From Amoebophrya sp. A120 (Eukaryota; Protista; Dinoflagellata): a stretch of DNA of 64,000 bases. Shown one piece after another: positions 36,296 through 47,000 of the stretch. Under the pieces are notes generated by a model. It was not told the origin of the DNA. It did not search any database and saw nothing but the letters and a program-made list of their open reading frames with translations. A program made the position numbers and the translations under genes. The stretch lies in NCBI GenBank assembly GCA_905178155.1, contig CAJINV010000001.1, forward strand, positions 10,073,432 through 10,137,431, given 5' to 3'. The first letter of the stretch is position 1; every line of letters begins with the position of its first letter.

Positions 36296-39200
36296 ATGGC
36301 GGAGCAGGCGAGTCCGACTCCTGTCGTTCCGCTCGCGACCGCGAACGCAACAACCTCCTCCGTATCGGGGCTTTCTTGGCTTCTGGGCGTTGCGCTACTG
36401 AACGTTTCCTCCTTCACGTGTACATTGGGCCTGGTTGTGCAGAAATGGTCAACGTTGCAAAAAGACTGGAGCAAGCTCGTCTGGATCCTCGGGTTCGCAG
36501 TTTTTATGCTCGGAAACATCGTCAACGCCGCGGCGCTCACGTTGGCTCCGCAGTCTTTGCTATCGTGCCTGGCGCCGACCACGCTGGTCTACAACTCGAT
36601 TTTGTCTCCCTGCATCCTGGGCGAGAAATTATGCATTGCAAAAGTATCGTACTAGTATAAATCGCAATACAAATTTTTTCAAGAAGAAAAATGGAATTTG
36701 TAATGCTGTTTTACCTTAGGAAGGACATTTGTCATGCATATTTGCAATTAGTACGAGTACGATACTTTTGCACAGGATAGAAATTCACCAAGTACCATTC
36801 CGCCTCGATCGTGTGCATCTTCGTGGGCTGTTTCATAACGGTGAACTTCGGTCTCCATCCCCCCTCAAACGCACAGACGAAACTAACCGTGGAGCAAGTG
36901 TGGTATTTCGCGACCCGACCTCTGTTCCTGGTCCTGATCTCGCTCAGCGGCATTGTCGCACTCAGCATCTCGGGGCCCATCGTCGCGTGGCGGAAGAGCG
37001 GTTTACCAATCTGGGCGTTGAGGGAGAAGGTGTCGGCTTTGCAGCTGATGTGCCTTTCCTGCATCTTCGGGGCGATTTCGATTACGAACACGAAGATCAC
37101 GTCGACGCTTTTTGCGAACAAGTACGTGGAAAACGAAAACACAGCAGCGAGTACAAGTCTGCCATATTGGATTCTGACTACAGAAACCGGCAGAGTGTGC
37201 CTGTTGCTTGCGACCTTCGGAATTTTCGCCGTCGCATTTTTCTCCATCGGACTCCTAAATGTCACACTCACGCTCTACAGCTCCCTGACCACAGTATTAA
37301 TATTTAGTCTTAGTGATTTTTATGATTTGCTAGGTAATAAACCAGCCAAACCCCGGCGAAAGCCGCCGGGGTCGGGGCTGTACGTTAGAGGGGACCCAGG
37401 GGAGAGGTGATTCCAAGGTAGAGGGGGGTGGGGCAGGGGAAATCGAGCGCAGACAAACCGATAACGCAGCGACGGTGCGGAACGTGGAACGACGTTGAAC
37501 AGAGCGGTCCGGAGCGAAGAGCCTCGTAGTGACGGAGACGGAGACGCGCGGAGAAGCGGCTTCATTCACGATCAAATATTTTTCACAATACCGCTTTCAT
37601 TCATCAATCATTCACAATACCGCTTTCATTCGATCAAATATTCATTCACAATCACGATCAAATATTTTTCATTCACGACCGGTTTGGCAAAAATGCGCCA
37701 CAAATACCGCCCTCTTGGGGTGGGCGGGGCTGCTAGATGTTTGCGATGGTGTTTGGCTGGCGCCAATCACCGTCACAAAATGGAGCGCGTCCACTTTCAG
37801 GGGACCTCCGCTATCAGGGGTCCCCCGCTTTTCGGGGTCTCTGCGCCGAGCCATGGGCCCCCGCGCCTGGGGGTCGGTCGTAGCGCTATCAAGGCTCGGC
37901 GCCTTTAGGGGACCCCCCCCTAGCTGGGGCACGTTCGCACTCGAAGGGCCACCGCTTTCAGGGGTCCTCCGCTTTCAGAGGTCCCCGTTCTGGGGGTTGA
38001 GCTTCCGCGCTCGGCGGTTCCGGTGCCTTTTCCGGGCGACGCGCTTGCCGGGGGGGGAGAGGAGGAGTTCGCGCGCGAGCGCTGCGCCCCCGAGGCGGTT
38101 GCACCGCTGCGGGGGCATTTCTTTCAGGGGCCCGGCTTTCGGGTTCCGCGGCAGAGGGCCGCTCTTCTGTGCTTTCCGTGTGATTTTTATGATTTGCTAT
38201 GTAATTTAGTCTTAGTGATTTTTATGATGTGTATATTTAGTCTTAGTGATTTTTATGATTTGCTATGTCTGGCATTGTTAAGCTTGCTGATTTGTTTCAA
38301 GTTATGAAGTCATGCATTACTAATAATTATGTGAACGTGTGTGGAAATGTACTTCTTCAAAAAGTAGGCATACCCATGGGCTTGTCAAGCGCGAACTGTA
38401 TCATAGATACAGTTCTTTGCTCGCTTGAAAGCCGATATTTAGAAAAAATTTCATATGCAGAACGCCTCAATTTCCGGGGAACATGCAGATATGTCGACGA
38501 CATCATATCAGAAAACACAAATTTTGTACGGTGTTGGCATGACATATACGATTCGACGGGTTTAACCCTCGAAACGGAAAGTTTAGGTAAAACGGCGGTA
38601 TTTTTAGATTTAGAATTAACAATAGTAAAAGAAGTTGTGCACTATAAAACCTTCTCTAAAAACTCCTTATTTTCCTTCGCTGTTAAGCGGTACGTTACTG
38701 GTCGTTCTTGTATTAGTAAATCTACAATTTTTTCCAGTTTTTGTGGTAGTTTTCTTCGCTTTTATACCAATAACAACCTATTTTTGTATTTTTTACGTGA
38801 AGTAACAGAGCTTATTCTTCGAATGAAGCCCTTACTTGGCTTCAAAATCATTAGGAAAACAATTGAAATTCTCATCACCAGACATGTAGAAAATAAGTGG
38901 TTAGACAGCGTTTCACTGCGTCGCATTTTGCTTACTTTCTGCATGAAGGTCCTAGAATACAAGTTTCAATATATCACAAAATAGCTACCTATACATATCT
39001 CCCCAACCCCCCCCCCGCTACGACATGTGCGAAATGTGTCATACTTGCATCTCCCTCGTTTGTGTCATGCGCTACCTTCTGTTCTGTCATGCAGGCCCAC
39101 AATATGTGGTTGTTTTTACCATTACACATTTCCACGCCTTCTTAGAAGTCACAAAATATGTTCCGACATATTTTACTTCTCAAAAAAGGTTGTCGTGCAT

Positions 39201-42200
39201 GGACGGGTTTTACAAAATGCATAACTTTCATACTGGGTGAGGTTATAAACTCCAAAAATTATTAACAAAGTCATGAACTAAATATTTTGTGTTTTTTTGA
39301 TGCTAAATTATTGTAATCTGCGTGCTTTTACCTATTTGTAGTTACCATGACAAGGTGAATTTGCCCTTCGACAGGAGTCGACCGTGAGTTGTTCTTCCTT
39401 CGCCTCGACGTTCTGAGCGCTCTGATATCGTTCGTATATCTTTTTGTAGTTTCTTTATGTGCTGATGCTTTTAGGACGGTATGCGATGATTTCAATGTTG
39501 TCTCTCCTTTTCTCCTTCGGTTTTGTTTATTGTCGTTCTTATTTTTATCGATTTTTGCTCTCTTTTGTGGCTTTGCATTTAGGACGGTGTGCGACGTTTT
39601 CGATGAGAGATACTCTTTTCTACTTCGGTTTTGTGTATTATTCGTACTCGTTTTGTATTTACGTATATCGGTCTCTCGGTTTCGCCTGCACGTTCCCTCG
39701 AATTTTTATTTCCATGTTCCTCGATTTGCTCGTTCTTCGATCTCTCGGCTCTCGATCTCGATCTCTCGATCTCGACACTCGATCTCGATCTCTCGCTCTC
39801 GATCTTTCTGTCTGGTGCTGTTTTCGGTTTACTAGGATCTAAATTATCTACGATCCTTACGATCACCAACACGTTAGATCTGTGAGTTCCTTGCTGGTGA
39901 ACCGGTACCCTTGTCCTCTTGGAACACGATGCCACATTTCTAAGCGAGCACTCCCATCCTGTCCTCACTAGGTCTACTTCATCGGGTAGAGAGGCACTCG
40001 ATGGTGAGACGGCAAGGGCCGAAGTGTTGTTCTTAGTTGCGCGCATAGCTAGTTATCTACGAGCGAATCAAAATTCAAAAAATCAAAACCAACAGGTAAA
40101 GTACCTCCAAAAATAAAAAACAAAAATAGCTTAAATAGTTCGCATGCGTGACATTCTTGTATCATTCCCAAAACTTCTCAAATCTTGACATTTAGTCTTA
40201 GTGATTTTTATGATTTGCTATGTAATAAATAGGTAGTTAGCTTGGGCTGGCGTACATCTATATGCGCCTCTTCCATCCTTTTGGGCTTCAGTCTGGGCCG
40301 GGTTGCCACGTCTTCAGGGCGTCGCGGTATGTTTTCTACACTGGGAAATGACCTGGCACACTCGGGGCCGGCGGCCTCTCTTCCCTGGGAGATTGATGTT
40401 GGTATGCGCACTCCCCGACAAGTAGTTTTGCGGAGACCCCCCGCATCCGCGCGGAGGATCTCGGATAATATTCTCCAAAGACTGTAGCTGTTCCGTCTCT
40501 TCGTCTTCTTGAAAGTGCTTCTATTGGCGCGCCGGTAATGTTGGGGGCATTGCTTATGTGCCCAGAGGTCTTGTCTATTTTGCAAGGTGACATCTTGTGG
40601 CCGGGGTCGCCACTGTTCGGCAGCGTCGCTTGGCGCCTTATTTCCGTGCTCTATGGTCGATATCGATATACCTTCTGTCCTCGATCCCGCCTTGCTTTGG
40701 GAACAGGGGTCGTTTGGCACTGGCGGTACCCAATCCGTTACCCTTGCGAACTTGTTCCCATGCTTCGGCTGGGGTTCTTGGTGTCCAATTTGTTCGCCCT
40801 CTGTTCCCTTAGCAGGGCGGGGCCGAGGATCCTCCAAGTCAATTACAATTTGTGGCGCTACATATTTATTGCTTCTTGTGGGACGATGGCGCTTCGGGAT
40901 GGTTGTGGTTCTCTGGTGGTGGATTCGTCTTTAACAGGATGTCTCTATGGGCACGGTGTGCCCTCGTTGGCGCGCCGATACAATCATAGGCGCACGGATT
41001 CCTTCCGGCGGTAAGGGGCTCGCGCGCGAGCCTGTATGCCTTGGGGGCTACGATAGCGTTATCGTTCGCCGCGCGCTCCTTGGGAGGACCTTTTGTCGCT
41101 AGCCGCGGCAGGCATTGTTAGGTCTAGTGCCTCTAGTGACACTTTGGTGCACGCGGAGGCGGAAGGGGGGCCGCAAAGGGGCGGCTGTTCGTGCTCGGTC
41201 TTCTGTTGTTTGTCAGTATCACGAAGACCGGCGCACGCGCCGGGGCGTTTTGTGCTCACTCAGGGCAGCTACGTTTCAAGTCTTGCGGGCTTTGAGGCTT
41301 TGCTGAGTTTACTCTGGCGGAATTGGTGTCGTCACTGTATTGCCGGATCCAGATGTGGTCACGTTTTTCGCGGTTACATGGAGCGCGCCTTCCGTTCGGG
41401 CTATAGCTGCGGAGTAGGGGCTCTGGGGCAAGTGGGGCTGGGCTGGCGCTTCTCCCCCCATATAACCACCTGCGGTGGGGTTCTGGGGGGTCTTGCCTGT
41501 TGGCCAGGTGGTGGTGGAGTGGGTCGTTCCCTGCTGCGGGAGCGAGGGTTCGACCCGCTCGACCCAGCCCCAAGGGCGCCGTCCAACGGGTTGCTCGGGT
41601 TGGTTGGACGCATAGGATAACAGATGGAAGGAACGCAACGAAATAGTCTTAGTGAAGATTTTTATGATTTGCTATGTAATAAATATGTTCATCATGGCTG
41701 TAGCTTGAAGTTGAATGCGAATCAGGATTCTGTGCTCTTCCGACTTTTTTTTGTCTACTATCTTCACATTAACTTAAGCGAAACACAGCAAAAAAACACT
41801 GACAGCCAACACACTTTATAACAGGTGACACTCGACTGTGTTTTAGGCCTCGCGATGCAGTCGCTCTACGGTGCTGTGTTTTTCGAGGAGTACAAACTTT
41901 ACTCCAGAGCAGCCTTTTTTGGGACCGTCTGCGGCGTCAGCTGTTCCTTTGTCGGTTTGGCGTGTCTGCACCTGGCCGGAAAGGAGGAGGAAAGAATGAT
42001 GGTGAACATTCCAACCGCTTTCGGAGTCGACGACATAGACAGGCATCGAGTTGGGACGAAGGATCACTGCAGCCCGTCGCTACTCAACCACCAGAAGTTC
42101 GGGCCAAACGCGCACCTGCTCGAGCGGAGCGTCAAAAAGCTCCGAGGAATTTCCGAAGAAAGGATATTGGTGCCCGCTTCGCCGATTCCCAACGTCACTG

Positions 42201-42439
42201 ATCAGGACGGCGTCGAGCCTTGTAGTGGTTTAACCCCCGCTTCAGCGACCTACAACACGTTCCATGAGCCCGTGCGAGGAATTGCGCCGGTTGGGGCAAA
42301 GACAGCCAACGTAGCACCTTCATCAAAACAAAATCAATATCAAAAACTTTCAAGAAGCGGTTCCAGTACCAGTTCTGCTAGTCACTCTACCACTGCTAGT
42401 ACAGTCAGGTCGGCCAGTAGTTCGAGTTGTGATTCCTGA
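36296..42439 (+). CDS. NIPA-like magnesium transporter (DMT superfamily), 485 aa; exons 36296-36630, 36786-37293, 41825-42439
   Basis: Multiple TM segments and NIPA-type motifs (GLVVQK, WILGFAVFMLGNIVNAAALTLAPQSLLSCL, ILGEKF, LYSSLTTVTLDCVLGLAMQSLYGAVFFEEY). Exons sum to 1458 nt in frame. Confidence 0.85.
36631..36785 (+). mobile_element. Introner-like non-canonical intron (155 nt) with a 17-bp perfect subterminal IR and 7-bp direct repeat AGAAATT
   Basis: TGCAAAAGTATCGTACT (36637-36653) pairs with AGTACGATACTTTTGCA (36756-36772). AGAAATT occurs at 36624-36630 and 36779-36785. Removal gives LGEKF-TKYHSAS, and no GT donor is available within the direct repeat. Confidence 0.88.
37561..37680. 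repeat. Scrambled micro-duplication tract
   Basis: CACGATCAAATATTTTTCA at 37567 and 37653; TTCACAATACCGCTTTCATTC at 37582 and 37611; several TTCATTCAC units. Confidence 0.85.
37795..38150. repeat. Degenerate ~17-18 bp minisatellite (CGCTTTCAGGGGTCCTC-like)
   Basis: Multiple variants: CTTTCAGGGGACCTC, CTATCAGGGGTCCCC, CTTTTCGGGGTCTC, CTTTAGGGGACCCC, CTTTCAGGGGTCCTC, CTTTCAGAGGTCCCC, CTTTCAGGGGCCC. Confidence 0.7.
38269..38984 (+). mobile_element. 5'-truncated Penelope-like retroelement reverse transcriptase (distal RT motifs plus thumb), probably Naiad/Chlamys-type
   Basis: QKVGIPMGLSSANCI, CRYVDDI, AVFLDLEL, YKTFSK..FSFAV, FCGSFLRF match PLE RT motifs. The frame is intact but begins at a copy of the 40-nt repeat. 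No endonuclease follows the thumb. Confidence 0.85.
39471..39810. repeat. Two diverged 108-bp tandem units followed by a (TCTCGA)n-like tract
   Basis: TTAGGACGGT...CTTCGGTTTTGT recurs at 39471 and 39579. A TCTCGATCTCG run at ~39737-39805 encodes RS/RD dipeptides on the minus strand. Confidence 0.7.
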
Positions 42440-43959
42440 GTTCTTGTAGTACTAAGAGGGCATCCGCATCAAAACTTAAACTCGATCTCCTGCTTTCAGA
42501 CTCTCTGGCTGACGCAGGAGCAGGACCAGATCATTTTCATGCGGATGAACCGTACCCGTAGTGGTATCGTTGCATAATTGATCCTGAAGGACCACACTAA
42601 GTAAGATCTAGACCAATTGGCGCGATGGCTGTTCCTTTCCCATTCCAAGGCTGTTAGTGCCCAATTTGGATCTGCAAGTTGTACGTAGTAAGTAAGGTCG
42701 GCGGCAGTACAACGTACAGATGAAGATGAACTGCATAGCAACGGAGATCTTGTATAGCTGAGACAATCAGACATGTAATGAAAGTGCTACCCAGCAATCA
42801 AAACGACTCCGCGAAAGCAGAAAAAGCAACAGAAGATGGAGATGCGATGCCGATATTAACTTGATAATGTTCTATTCTGTACTGAACGTGAACTACATCC
42901 CGAGGACAGATCATCTGCAAGGTCTCAAGTGGACTAGACACGTTTCTGATGCAAGGTGCGATCTCGCTTTATACTGGTACGTGAAAGTAAAGCGCTCCTA
43001 GTTGGTGCTTGTGCTACCAGGACCACGAGGTTGTGGTGGCTGGTGAAGATCTTCATGCTGATATTTCTTGGACCGTGCTAGAGGACGATCTGCGTAGAGT
43101 GACTCCGATGGTTCCTATCATTTCATAGTCATTGCGCCGCGACATGGAGATGGAGCTCATGATCTACGTATTCAATTCTGTTGTGGCTATGATGTCGAAT
43201 GTGTGAACTTGGAATTTCTCATGATGCCATGCATACGGATCAGAGGCATCTCAGAGGACGGCAGCAACGGCGTCGTAGACAATTTCGGTTTTCTTCCTGA
43301 TGTCAAGAACTCCGCTACCGCTTCGTTGTGTTGTCGTGGAAACAATGAATCGCAATCGCAATCAATCTTTCGTTTTCCTTATCCATTTCGCAGAGGCAAA
43401 GCAAAGTATCTCGTGCTTTTTTAGCACTTGTACTTTCACCGGAGACTTAAAAACTGTAGGTTGTCAAGTAGTTACTGACGATTTTACGCCCTATCAATCT
43501 ATCATTCTTCCAACGCTGGACAGAATTGTATGATCTTCTTACTTTCGATCCCTTGTCGATAGTAGAAGTAGCACGTACCCCCGCTACACCTGATAAAGCT
43601 TCCAAGAAGCAAGTACCCCCAGCCCAACTAATCTCAGCTGTAGAAAATAACCCTACTACACGAGTTAGTCGCGCGCATGACATATCGCTACTCATCCCAA
43701 GCTAGGGAAAAAGTACTTGAACAACACTGAAGTAGTACAGATACATAAAATTATTCATATTTTTCCATATTTCTATACGACCACGTACGCGCGCGTGGGG
43801 TGTCATCCACAAGTATCGATAAACATTTCGCACATACCTTAACAAGACTCTAACAAACTTACGAGTGGTTTCGAATACGCTGGTTGTGCTCTCAAAGAGT
43901 CACCAACAGCCACAGACACACGTGTCAGACACTACATATCAAGACTTTCAATAAATCTT

Positions 43960-44015
43960 CTACCTTATCTTTTACTTTTTATCTTTTTACTTACCGTACA
44001 CAAGATCTAACCAAG
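43960..44015 (+). promoter_or_regulatory. Pyrimidine-rich tract plus AG just upstream of the giant ORF; candidate (trans-)splice acceptor
   Basis: TACCTTATCTTTTACTTTTTATCTTTTTACTTACCGTACACAAG ATCTAACCAAG ATG. Dinoflagellate mRNAs are SL trans-spliced. Confidence 0.35.
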
Positions 44016-47000
44016 ATGATGATGGTAGAGCAGTACAACAACGAAGAGAAGTTGCTGCCGGATGCGGGAGCGGCCATCGGAAGGGGCTTCGGCTATTTTT
44101 CTCCAGGGAGGAAGAAAGCGCGACCGCGAGCCCCGAAATGGCCCGTGTGCAGCAGCAAGCGAATCCATTTCGGCATTCTCTGCGCCGCCTTGGTGTCCAC
44201 ACTTGTGCAGTCGGTTGTGGGCATGCGGGAGCGGTACGGAGCGCGGCGCATGGCGTCGCTCCTGAAACAGCTTGCGCCGCGGCAGAAGAGCAGCAAGGGC
44301 GACGGCCACGCTTTTGTCCAGGTTAGCCAAACCCAGCCCGCGGACTTGGCAAAAGAGTTGCTGAGTTCGCCGCTGGCGTTCTTCCTGGGACCGGCGTATT
44401 ACCGGCAGGACCCCGGTGCAACCCACGTCGCGAGTAGCAAAGCGAAGGATTTTGTTCCGGACCAGGAACTGGAGCACCCCGTTTTGTTGAAACAGTACAA
44501 GACCTTGGAACCGGCGGAGAGTATGATGCAGCAACTTCCGTTCAAGGACGTTATCAGCGGTGTGACTCACAACGAACTGCGGGAGACCGTCGAGGACACG
44601 ATGCGCTTTGTCTGGTCGCGGGTCAACCACGACACTGCTCAGGGGGATCTGGACACGCTGCGTGGTGCTGCTACCGCGAGTGAGGAGGGGAAGAAGTGGC
44701 GGGAGAGCGGAAAATTTTCGCGGCTGATGGTGCACGAGAGCGACTTCTTTTGTAATGTAAACAACCAGCGCCAACGGGTCGAGACTGGCCGCGCCTTGTT
44801 CGAAGCGGTCGAGGCTGTGGCGGATAAACTCCTCCAGCACGACAGCTATTTTGATCCGAAAAGAGAGCACGAAGACCGGGGATACGTGATGGGCCAGGTG
44901 AAGCGTGCTTGGGACGAACTCCTAGCACAGAACGCGGGGGCGCCAGCCACAAGGAACGATTGGCCGTGGTTGTTGGAATGGGGTGGCGCGCGCGAGGGAC
45001 CAGTCTGTCTCGAGCCGCGGCCGCAGTATCAGAAAAGCCATGCAGCGGGCAGTCTCGGTGACGACGAAGACACGAAGCCAAAAAGCAGCGGGTTCGGAAA
45101 ACAAGGAACTAAGATTTATCCCACAACGCTCCCCCCACCCACTTTTCGGTTTCTGATCGGGAGCAAGCAAAAGCATGTGGACAACGAAATTGCTCCGGTG
45201 TCGCAGTGGCTTGACACAACCCAACGGGGGAACAAGGCCCAGACTGCGAAAGACTTAGACGCCGCCTTTCCCGGCGGCCACACGCGGCTGTTTGCGAAGC
45301 ACCTGTTGCTCGTGCTTCTGCAAACCATGAAGGACAACGGAAAAAAAGTCGAGGGAAGCAGCACTGACGTTCACGCCAAACCGCTTTACCACCGCGGCAT
45401 CAAAGTTCGGGCACTGTACAGCTTTTACGAGATGCTACGCAACCCGCTCCTGAACCAAGGCGTCTTCCAAAAAACCCCGGAAAGCGCTTACTTTTTCGAG
45501 AGTCCTTCTGGCACCGCGGCGAAACACCGTGGTGGTCAAAATGCAGTGGAGGCTTTTGGGCGGGAAAGCGGGTATTTTACATTTGCCCACAGAATCCGCA
45601 TGGCGGTCGATGTTGCGCTTCTGCTTCGGCAGACGCTCGCGGCCAGCTCCGTTACGGCTAAGGACGGATACCCGGAGTACGAGCGCCTGAAGCAGTGGAG
45701 CTTTCTCCGCAGCAACGCGCAGCTTTTACTTCTGGTGAAGTCGCTGCGGCAGCTCATTGCTGTGCACATCACCCAGGAGCGCTTTCTGTCGGACTCGCAG
45801 CCGCTGGTTCCCAGCGAGAATGCAGAGACTGAGAAGCGAAATAAAAGCGGCCATCGCTTGTCCCTGGTTCTGCCGACGGCCGACGAGCAGGCGGAGCTGC
45901 TGGCCCAAAAGCTTGGCAAAATATCCATCCAGGAATCACCTTTTTTTTCAGAAATGATGGATGGCGACGATCCGCATGTGGCGCTGCGGCTGGTGGAGCG
46001 GTTGCCGGCACCAGGAGGACCTCAAGGCGCTGGATCGCTCCTTACCCGCACGGTCGCCTTCCGCACCGCGGTTGATCGAGACCGGTCTCGAGAGGTTCTG
46101 CTGAAGATGGGAAACGCCGAGGGGAATCCGCTTTCGTCCACTTTGTTCCTGCTGTTTGACTTAGAGCGGATGTTCCGTCAGCGGATCTTTCGTACTAAGG
46201 AGGACCTGCAGCCGGAACCGCTCGACATAGAGGATTTTGGGCAAGCGAGCCGGTTCGGCACCGGCCTGCGCGACCTCGTCACGCAGGTTTTGAGCTGGAT
46301 TAGCGACGTGTCGAAGAAGGGCCAGAGCCACAGCATGTTCGAAGAAAGCGGTGCGCGGGTGGATCGCGCGCAGTTTTCGCCGGATCTGCAGTTTGACCCG
46401 GAGGCGAGCGAAGGCCTTCCCGCGGCCGCAGTGGACCTGTGGTTAAACCTGTTCCGGATCGCGGACAAGGCCGCGAGCGCGGCGGACCAGCTGGATGCGC
46501 AGCGAGAGCGGGACGGAATCAACAAGGCAAAAATGGAAGAACATGGCCGTGATGTTGAAGATCCGACGAATCTTCAGCACGAAAAGCAAAAAGCGCGCGT
46601 TGCAACGCCAGAGGACCAGGCGCGGATGTATGCGATGCACTACCTCCGAAGCGCGGCTTTGATTCGAGGGCATAATCACCATTTTTCAGCGCTTCTGGGA
46701 GTGTTTGCGAAGCAACTGCTACCGGGCCTAAGAGCGGGCCTGCGCAGCCAAGTGAGCATAAACATTCAGGTCCAGGAAGACAAGAAGAAAAAGACGTCCC
46801 TTGCGCTGGTCCAGCCCGGGCTCCTGCGCATGTTGCACCGCGTGCGACGTGTGGCGCGCCTCATCCGGGAGTTTGTTTTGGTTTCGTATGCGGTGCAGGG
46901 ACCCGGCTACGAGGCAGACGAGGAAGCCGACGTGTTGCGCATCCCGGATGAAGAGCTGCGCTCGCTCATTGACCTCCAGTCCGATCTGGTTGCTCGGTTT

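Larger units (their letters stand above)
37300..41685 (+). repeat. Six full or partial direct copies of ATATTTAGTCTTAGTGATTTTTATGATTTGCTATGTAATAAATA
   Basis: Copies at 37300-37341, 38180-38205, 38204-38228, 38233-38268, 40190-40231 and 41644-41685 (the last has an extra AGA). Confidence 0.95.
37294..41824 (+). other. Expanded GT-AG intron (4531 nt) of the NIPA gene containing three inserted fragments
   Basis: ACA|GTATTA...TATAACAG|GTG joins YSSLTT|VTLDC in frame. Other introns in the window are about 110-310 nt. Confidence 0.85.

Noticed and set aside
38985-40350. Hammerhead ribozyme expected near a PLE
   Set aside because: No CTGAnGA...GAAA core with compatible stems was seen by eye on either strand; a covariance search would be needed to exclude one.
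41256-41573. QYSDDT on the minus strand of fragment C as a second RT active site
   Set aside because: No upstream G-x-P-Q-G or downstream FLG motif at the expected spacing, and the context is low-complexity Pro/Arg-rich.
41540-41575. GGTTCGACCC as a tRNA T-arm or SINE B-box
   Set aside because: No cloverleaf, acceptor stem or A-box can be formed around it.
37300-41685. CRISPR array
   Set aside because: Eukaryotic context, no cas genes, repeats are ragged copies of local intron sequence, and the intervening segments range from a few bases to ~1900 nt rather than uniform 30-40 nt spacers.
42440-43960. Hidden gene or snoRNA in the intergenic region
   Set aside because: Only short ORFs without coding character and no convincing C/D box pair.
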